Below, piece by piece: positions 57,722 through 64,000 of a stretch of 64,000 nt of DNA. The position numbers and the translations under genes were made by a program. Origin of the DNA: an uncultured virus (IMG/VR IMGVR_UViG_3300016472_001133) (Duplodnaviria > Heunggongvirae > Uroviricota > Caudoviricetes); the IMG/VR virus record IMGVR_UViG_3300016472_001133, one strand, 5' to 3'. The notes beneath the pieces were generated by a model. The model saw only the letters and a program-made list of their open reading frames with translations, searched no databases and was not told the origin of the DNA. Each line of letters starts with the position of its first letter. The stretch's first letter is position 1.

Positions 57722-58246
57722 CTATCCTTTTTTGTTAATAAATTCTAGAATGGTTTTCATTTCCCAATCAAGGTCTTCAGAATCAACACATAGATGCAAA
57801 GTTTTGCATCTAGTCCATTTTATAAAATCTGCATATTTGTCAGAGATTATTTGCATTTGACGAGAATCAATGTCATGCATGTCGTCATGAAAACCCTCAT
57901 ATGAAGTTCTATAAGGAACAATGATTTTTACTCCAATTGATGCAGCCAAAGAATCAATGTAATTTAAAGCTTCAATATCAGTTTGACGACCATACACTTC
58001 AGAATAAACCCATTCAGATGGATAAGATCTATCTAAAATCGTTGAAGTCCCAGTCTTTTTTAGAAAATTATAAAAATACGGATCTCCATATCGTAAAGCA
58101 TTTTTAAAATATGAAGGATCATTTGAAAAAGCATTCCATTCAGATTCGTTCTTAAAGTAAGGAATGTTTAATCTTCGTGATAACTCTTTGGCCATTTCGG
58201 TCTTGCCGACCTTATCTGACCCATCAAATAAAATGACCATGCTCAT
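57722..58246 (-). CDS. dNMP (thymidylate-kinase-like) kinase
   Basis: DGSDKVGKT P-loop, ILDRSYPSEWVY. Confidence 0.8.
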   Translation of the reverse strand: MSMVILFDGSDKVGKTEMAKELSRRLNIPYFKNESEWNAFSNDPSYFKNALRYGDPYFYNFLKKTGTSTILDRSYPSEWVYSEVYGRQTDIEALNYIDSLAASIGVKIIVPYRTSYEGFHDDMHDIDSRQMQIISDKYADFIKWTRCKTLHLCVDSEDLDWEMKTILEFINKKG

Positions 58247-58255
58247 AATGGTACC

Positions 58256-61200
58256 TCATGAATCCAATACTTTAACCTTACTCATAAAAGTTTTATTACC
58301 GTATCCATCGACTGTGATTTCAGAAAGACAAACGCTGTACTTGGGAATTTCTCTAATACCATCCCACCCCCAACAGAACAATCTATGATTTTGACCTCCA
58401 ATACCCGTAATCGTTAAAAGCAAATAGTTTTTCCCTGTTTTTGTCTTTTTGGGTTTTGCGTCAGAAACAATAAACCAGTAAATGTCACTACCTGAAAGAT
58501 CATCAACTGATTTGACACCTCTGGATTCCAACTTCTTTAGGATATCATCAGGCATTAACATGGCTGCATTAAATGAACCAAGGTATTTAATGCTATTATC
58601 GACAATCTCACCGCGAGTCCACTCAGGTTCATCCTTAGATTCGATCAGGAGATTACGAAATGCTTCCATTCCAACGAGAGGGTTCTTTTTGGTATGCTTC
58701 TTGATTTCATTATTATGATCAATCAGGATTTGATACATTTGTCTATAGCTGCTAAACGTTCTATCTACGCCAACACAATCCAATGAGTCAAATGCCTTGA
58801 TTCCGATCAGGGCTTCAAGAGCTCGTTTGTTGAATTTAGAATGTTTCCACGTACCGTCCTCATTCCATAACATGTCCTCTATTGATTTGTATGGACGATT
58901 TTCCATGATCTCATCAACTGCAGCTTCCCCCACGCCCTTACATGAAAGGAAGCTTGGCATGAATCTTTTTCCTTCGAGGATAGTCCAGCTCTTCGTTGCA
59001 TAGTTGACGTCGATGTTTACGATCTTGTATCCAAGCGCTTTGACCTCTGAGAAAGCCTTAGCACGCTTCTCATCATTTCCTGACATCGATTCAAGATAAG
59101 CACAAAGCCATTCCTCCTCAAAGTAAGTGAGGAGCCATGCACAGTAGTAAGAATCAATTGCATAAGACACTGCGTGAGATGCGTTAAAACCGTATCCGGA
59201 GAAGAAGAGAATCTTTTCATAGAGTTCATCTGCCACTCTTTCAGGAACACCATTCTTCATCGCACCAGAAACGAAGTCTTCCTTGGCCTTCTTGGCGTCT
59301 GCTGCCGCGGCGTCTTTCTTTGAAGCAGAACGTTTCATAATGTTTCTGCGAATTGTATCCGTCTCTGCCTCAGGGAATCCTGCGACGACAGAGCAAAGTT
59401 TCATGGTTTGCTCCTGAAAAATGATGCATCCGTAAGTCGGTTCTAGCACCTTCTTGATAAGAGGATGTTGGTAATCGATCTTTTCAGGTTCGTTCTTAGC
59501 GCCAATGTAGATCTTGTCGACGTTTGCCGCAAGAGGACCTGGACGATAGATTGAAGTTAGAGTAGCAATGTCAATGATACTACGAGGCTTTGCTTTCGTA
59601 AATAGACGCTGTGCGCCAGGTTGCGTACATTGGAACACGCCGGCAAACCTTCCTTCGTGATAAACATATTCATAGACTTTTTGATCATTTAGATCAATAT
59701 TCTTCGGATCCATGTGTTTATCAAACCAAGCCTTAATGTCTTGGAACGTTGGATTTGCAATTCCTTCACGCCTTTGCAAAATTAGATAGATGCATCGTTC
59801 GATGATGCGCAAAGTTTCGAGGCCGAGTAGATCGAACTTAATCCATCCGAACTCTTCGAGATGCTTATAATGCATGCCTTCAACCCATGGAGTCTGAGGT
59901 TCACCCTTTGCGAGAATAAGAGGCATACGTTCAGCAATGTCTTCAGACACGATAACACCGCCGGCATGGCGGCCAAGAGAACGATTCTGCTTGAAAAGAA
60001 TCTCAATCGGTTCGGCGACTTCAGGATGCGATGCAACGAAGTCTTGCATCGACTTAGAATACTTCATCGCGTCTTCATAAGTCAACACAAAAAGGTTCTT
60101 GTCGACACCAGGTTTGAAGACTTCTTTCTTGACATCGTCTTCTACCGGAGCAAGAGCAGCATTGACTTCTTCGAATGGAATGTTATAAAATCTTGAAATG
60201 TCTTTGACAAGGCTCTTAAGCTTAAAGGTATTGTAGTTAGAGATTGGAATAACATTGTTATTACCAAAATTATCACGGAGAAGTTCGATCAGCTTATCGC
60301 GGTCTCCAATATCAGAATCGATATCAGGAGCGCCCTGGCGAGAGGGATTAAGGAACCGTTCAAATGAAAGGTCATACTCAATTGGGTCAAGGTTCGTGAC
60401 GCCGAGGACATAAGCAACTAGAGAACCTGCGGCCGAACCGCGCCCCGGACCAATCAGCATGTGTTCACGTGCAAGGTCCATGATTGCCTTCATCGTGAGG
60501 AAGTATCGAGAAAACTTCTTGTCTCGAATAATCTTCAGCTCATACTTGATTCGCTCGATATACCCAGGCTTGTCATCCAGACCTCGCCAGATTAATCCTT
60601 TCTTACAAGCTTCGACGAGGGCCTTGTCTTCCGTCGACCCTTCAGGAATCACATATGAAGGAAGCTTCATCTCCTTATTGGGATGAATGTCACCTAACTC
60701 ATTATGAACGATGTCATGAGTACGTTCGATGGCCTCGCGGATTAGGTCATCATCATAGAAATCCATGCCTTCGGTTGTGGACAGATATGAATCCCAGACC
60801 TGGGTTGCGTTCTTCGGGTACAGTTCACATTTGAGATCATCCTTAGACTTTGGAAGCATATTAGGATCGAAGTTCTGATAGTTGAGCCATCCGAGCTTCT
60901 TGTAGATCTCACGTTCTTTCCAGTTATCAGGACGAGAATAATGCGAATCGCAGGTGACGACTAGCCGATTCGACAAAGAGTTTCGTTTCGCAAATTCGAT
61001 CAGCGCGCGGTTGACAAGATGTTGCGCTGGAAGTTTATTGAACTGCAACTCCAAAGCAACGTTTTCGCGACCTACCGCATCTGCAAGCTTATCATAAGTG
61101 TTGCCCATCTCGAGCAAGACAGATTCAAATAGCGCAGCATCATCGAGCAACTGATGCTTCAGATCATCAAACTTGATCTTTTGCAATTTGGAAAAGACGT

Positions 61201-61342
61201 CATAACTCAACGTGCCACCGAGACAATTGTGAACCAACATCCCATTTGCAAAGAAGTTATGATTATCTTCTACGGTAATATCATAGACGTCTTCGACGTA
61301 ATCAAGTTCTTCGACCTCAACAACTTCTACAAAATTACTCAT
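58256..61342 (-). CDS. dnaE: DNA polymerase III alpha, C-terminal part, preceded by C-intein
   Basis: GPGRGSAAGS, FERFLNP, PDIDSD, HAGGV, KFDLLGL, YGFNASHA. Confidence 0.95.
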   Translation of the reverse strand: MSNFVEVVEVEELDYVEDVYDITVEDNHNFFANGMLVHNCLGGTLSYDVFSKLQKIKFDDLKHQLLDDAALFESVLLEMGNTYDKLADAVGRENVALELQFNKLPAQHLVNRALIEFAKRNSLSNRLVVTCDSHYSRPDNWKEREIYKKLGWLNYQNFDPNMLPKSKDDLKCELYPKNATQVWDSYLSTTEGMDFYDDDLIREAIERTHDIVHNELGDIHPNKEMKLPSYVIPEGSTEDKALVEACKKGLIWRGLDDKPGYIERIKYELKIIRDKKFSRYFLTMKAIMDLAREHMLIGPGRGSAAGSLVAYVLGVTNLDPIEYDLSFERFLNPSRQGAPDIDSDIGDRDKLIELLRDNFGNNNVIPISNYNTFKLKSLVKDISRFYNIPFEEVNAALAPVEDDVKKEVFKPGVDKNLFVLTYEDAMKYSKSMQDFVASHPEVAEPIEILFKQNRSLGRHAGGVIVSEDIAERMPLILAKGEPQTPWVEGMHYKHLEEFGWIKFDLLGLETLRIIERCIYLILQRREGIANPTFQDIKAWFDKHMDPKNIDLNDQKVYEYVYHEGRFAGVFQCTQPGAQRLFTKAKPRSIIDIATLTSIYRPGPLAANVDKIYIGAKNEPEKIDYQHPLIKKVLEPTYGCIIFQEQTMKLCSVVAGFPEAETDTIRRNIMKRSASKKDAAAADAKKAKEDFVSGAMKNGVPERVADELYEKILFFSGYGFNASHAVSYAIDSYYCAWLLTYFEEEWLCAYLESMSGNDEKRAKAFSEVKALGYKIVNIDVNYATKSWTILEGKRFMPSFLSCKGVGEAAVDEIMENRPYKSIEDMLWNEDGTWKHSKFNKRALEALIGIKAFDSLDCVGVDRTFSSYRQMYQILIDHNNEIKKHTKKNPLVGMEAFRNLLIESKDEPEWTRGEIVDNSIKYLGSFNAAMLMPDDILKKLESRGVKSVDDLSGSDIYWFIVSDAKPKKTKTGKNYLLLTITGIGGQNHRLFCWGWDGIREIPKYSVCLSEITVDGYGNKTFMSKVKVLDS
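61226..61342 (-). mobile_element. Split intein, C-fragment (39 aa)
   Basis: VYDITVEDNHNFFANGMLVHN followed by extein Cys (CLGG). Confidence 0.93.
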
Positions 61343-62319
61343 GTTTTGAAAAACCTTCTAATAGATTCTATCACTTCATTTGGAGATTTGCAATAGTCAA
61401 GTTCCCAAATGACCAGAACATCCCATCCCTTAGATTTTGCATAAGATATTTTTTGTTCATCTTTTTCTCTAATCTGCTGAACTGTTCCATGAATGAGATT
61501 TTGCTGCAAATCTTGATAAACCCTTTGGTCTGCGTGCCAATACGTTCCATTGATTTCTACGATCTTCTTTGTTTCTTTTTTGTAAATGTCATATGCATAT
61601 TTGCCCAAAAAAAGCTGTTGACAAACAGAATCATCATTTATGAGCTCATAAATTCTTTTTTCTAATTTCGAAGCATTTTTTCCATTGAGATTTTTCAAAA
61701 CCTTAATGGCACCAGGTCGACATGTATCGCCTATTCTTTTTTTTGCCTCATTTATGTCATATCCTTTTTTTATCCAAAACTCAATGCACCTTGGACTAAT
61801 TTCTCGTTTATATTTTTCAATTGATTTTTCAGGATCATCGGATTTCTCTTTCCAATAATCAATTGTGTAAATTGGATTATAAGCACCTGACTTTTTTCTT
61901 TTTTCGCATGTACTTTTTTGCCAATCTAGAAGCTGAACTTTTGCAAGTTCTTTAACTTCATCTTCACTTTTATCAAGGTGTGAAAATTTTATTTTCCACC
62001 ATTGCGGTTTTGAAAGATGAATATCATGAAACTCTTTTGAGTAGGGTATTATAGATGTTAGTCTTTTTGCAAAGATGTTTGTTGTAATAGTCGGAAAAAC
62101 TAAAAAGCTTCTTGGTTTTTTACCGTGAAAAGTAGATTGTTGCTCACGGAGCTCGTCAAATCCAACTTCATATTCAAACAACTTGGCAAGTTGAGAAGGA
62201 GAATAACCTTCTCTATACATCTCGAGTATTTGATCTTTTGTTTTCCACGTAACTAGAAAACTTTCAAATATTCTGCTTTTTTCCTCTCCTAAAAATTTAT
62301 TATACTTTTCTGCTCCCAT
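61339..62319 (-). mobile_element. Free-standing Vsr-like (DUF559/EDxHD-type) homing endonuclease between the intein halves
   Basis: SKLE...YDIY...VEINGTYWH...DEQK...GWDVLVIWE. Confidence 0.8.
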
Positions 62320-62329
62320 TGTTTGTGAA

Positions 62330-62361
62330 CCTCCAAGACATAATTATGTTTGTCTTGGAGG
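62330..62361 (-). promoter_or_regulatory. RBS-sequestering hairpin upstream of the endonuclease, with ATAATTA in the loop
   Basis: 11-bp stem CCTCCAAGACA/TGTCTTGGAGG containing the GGAGG of the gene starting at 62319. Confidence 0.75.
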
Positions 62362-62370
62362 ACCTAAAGC

Positions 62371-62676
62371 TTACAAAGTAAGAATTTGAATTCCTTCATG
62401 CTTTTTTAAATCTTGAGCTTCCATCCATCCCAGATTAGTAAAGACTTTGTGGTCTGGTGTCAGCGTAACACTCTTTCCATCCTTCAGTTTAATTCTCAAT
62501 AATTTCGCGTTTTTTCTAGTCATTGCTGCCCAAGAAACTTTCTTGAATTCCTTAGACCCTGTTTTTTCGTCATATGAAAGAACCAAGACATCATCACCCA
62601 TATTGAATCTTTCAACGACAGACAACAGGTTTTCTAGGCCTCTATTCGTTATGAGTTCTACATCTCCAGTTAAACA
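62371..62676 (-). mobile_element. Split intein, N-fragment (101 aa)
   Basis: CLTGDVELIT (block A), LTPDHKVFT (block B). Confidence 0.93.
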
Positions 62677-63342
62677 TGCGGTTGACACCATCAAGTGACC
62701 ACCTTGCGCAGCCTCCTTCAGCATCCTGTAATCAATTCGGGGGAACCTGTAGAAGCCCTCCAAATAACCCCGAGAAACCAGATGGAATAACCTCTGCAGA
62801 CCAACTGAAGTTTTTGGTAGGACAACCAGATGATGCCGACGTTTAACTGGGTCGTTATACTTACCTGACTTCGTCTCATCTTCATTTTCGATCGTCAGAG
62901 AAGCTTCATCAGTTCCAAGATCCGTCGTCTCATCGTTTCCATCAACAACAGCCGTGATAGGCGTGATGATAGATTCATCCTTGACCGGTTTCTCTTTCGA
63001 TTTTTCGATATCGATCTGCCACTGTTTCAGATCGGGATGGACATACATCTCGCATCCAGGAATGAACTTGAAGTTCTTGCCTGATTTCCTCATTTTTTCA
63101 GCGTGAAGATATGCATGGCAGAATCCGTTCATGTGGCCATGGTCGGTTAATGCCCACGCATCCATGCCATTTTCTAAGACGTAATCGATGTGCTCTTGTG
63201 GATAATCAAGCCCATCAAATGTTGAGAATCCTGATATTATTCCGCCCGGAAAATAAATTCCGGGCGGAAATTACGAATGCGCGTGGAGGCCGACAAAACG
63301 ATTTGGCCTCCGATCGCGCATTTCCTTCTTGCTGTTTGACAT
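62371..63342 (-). CDS. dnaE: DNA polymerase III alpha N-terminal part (PHP domain) plus N-intein, interrupted by in-frame TAA at 63271-63273
   Basis: MSNSKK...FVGLHAHS*[insert]GFSTFDG...ALTDHGHM...PGCEMY...HHLVVL...MVSTA|CLTGD; all in one frame. Confidence 0.85.
63232..63273 (-). other. 42-nt coding gap (TAA, 12-bp hairpin, Ser codon); candidate translational bypass element
   Basis: TCG|TAA T TTCCGCCCGGAA TTTATT TTCCGGGCGGAA TAATA TCA|GGA. Confidence 0.65.
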
Positions 63343-63348
63343 ACCATG

Positions 63349-63379
63349 ATTATACCATGCGAGGTTGTAAGTTTTGCAC
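63349..63379 (-). promoter_or_regulatory. Phage promoter of dnaE, leaderless type
   Basis: GTGCAAA-N18-TATAAT (with TG extension)-N6-ATG(63342). Confidence 0.8.
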
Positions 63380-63397
63380 AGCAAAGATTCTAAAATG

Positions 63398-63424
63398 AAA
63401 AAGCTCCCGTTTCCGAGAGCTTTT
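63398..63424 (-). terminator. Intrinsic terminator
   Basis: GCTCTCG-GAAA-CGGGAGC then T5 on the minus strand. Confidence 0.7.
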
Positions 63425-63445
63425 AGGATTAATCAACTTCGAAAG

Positions 63446-64000
63446 TCACATAATTTGTGCTGCGATTAAACACCCACGGGCAACTGCATGAAGAGGATCT
63501 GCTGCGTGACGAACTTCCTTGACTGGAAGAGGGAAACCGTTCTCTTCGAGCTTCTTTGCAAATAGATCGACAAATCCCTTGGCCTTTGATGTTCCACCGG
63601 CAACAACTACAGGTAATGCATCCTTGAACTTTGGAAGAGATTTGTGTCCGTCCATGGCTGAAGCAAGTTGTTTAGTCGTATAATCGATGAGACGATCATA
63701 GTAGGTTGAAACAGCAGCAAGAACTTGATTATCGTTTGGTTGACCGACAGTGAAATCGCCTTGTTCCTTCTCTGCTTGAACGACTGAATCTGTCTCGCCT
63801 GTAGCAACGGCTGCCATACGATCAACCCAATCACCAGACTTCGTGGTTGAGAATGTGACGATAGGTTCGCCATTTAGCATAACGCAAACGTTGACCATGC
63901 CAGCTCCCCATGATAGTGTGACTCCGGTATAATCATCCTTTTCTAGTTCTGAGTAACAAAGTGCTTCGGCTTCGTTAATTGCTCTAGCTGAATACCCTAC
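63446..64000 (-). CDS. Actin-fold ATPase (MreB/ParM-like), N-terminus beyond right edge
   Basis: INEAEAL, SWGAGMVN, VAGGTS, DPLHAVARG; frame open to 64000. Confidence 0.7.
   Translation of the reverse strand, partial: VGYSARAINEAEALCYSELEKDDYTGVTLSWGAGMVNVCVMLNGEPIVTFSTTKSGDWVDRMAAVATGETDSVVQAEKEQGDFTVGQPNDNQVLAAVSTYYDRLIDYTTKQLASAMDGHKSLPKFKDALPVVVAGGTSKAKGFVDLFAKKLEENGFPLPVKEVRHAADPLHAVARGCLIAAQIM

Noticed and set aside
63271..63273. Genome-wide stop-codon reassignment to explain the TAA in dnaE
   Set aside because: TAA, TAG and TGA all end genes normally elsewhere, and long genes are uninterrupted under the standard code
63232..63273. Group I or II intron as the dnaE insert
   Set aside because: At 42 nt it is far too short, and I found no U|...G| boundary that restores the frame
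63111..63398. Plus-strand 95-aa ORF and the many other short antisense ORFs in the track
   Set aside because: They lie opposite well-supported genes and show no recognisable motifs or start signals

Overview
A 64-kb segment of a large (jumbo-type) dsDNA bacteriophage genome: gene-dense, mostly minus-strand, standard genetic code. I saw no tRNA, rRNA or CRISPR. Positions 1-~19.8 kb look like an early region of tiny translationally coupled ORFs. It includes about 39 paralogous KOW/SH3-like 'MKxGDLV' proteins, two free-standing GIY-YIG endonucleases and a GT51 transglycosylase, and is driven by a repeated GTG(C/T)AAA-N17-TANNNT-N6-ATG leaderless promoter. Its first ~16.7 kb is strikingly depleted of GC and GAC/GTC. 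The middle carries a Cys/Trp mirror-repeat exported protein, PurA, an MBD4-like glycosylase, PolX, a 5'-3' exonuclease, isocitrate lyase, ClpP, an FGE-family protein, a nitrilase and SOD. The right end has a probable cytosine-hypermodification cluster (dCMP-type thymidylate-synthase homolog, BGT-like glycosyltransferase, two NDP-sugar epimerases, dNMP kinase) and a DNA polymerase III alpha gene broken twice. One break is a split intein with an intervening Vsr-like endonuclease. The other is a 42-nt in-frame stop-plus-hairpin insert between two Ser codons that looks like a programmed ribosomal bypass element, and is the top candidate novelty. All family assignments come from motifs recognised by eye; no database search was run.
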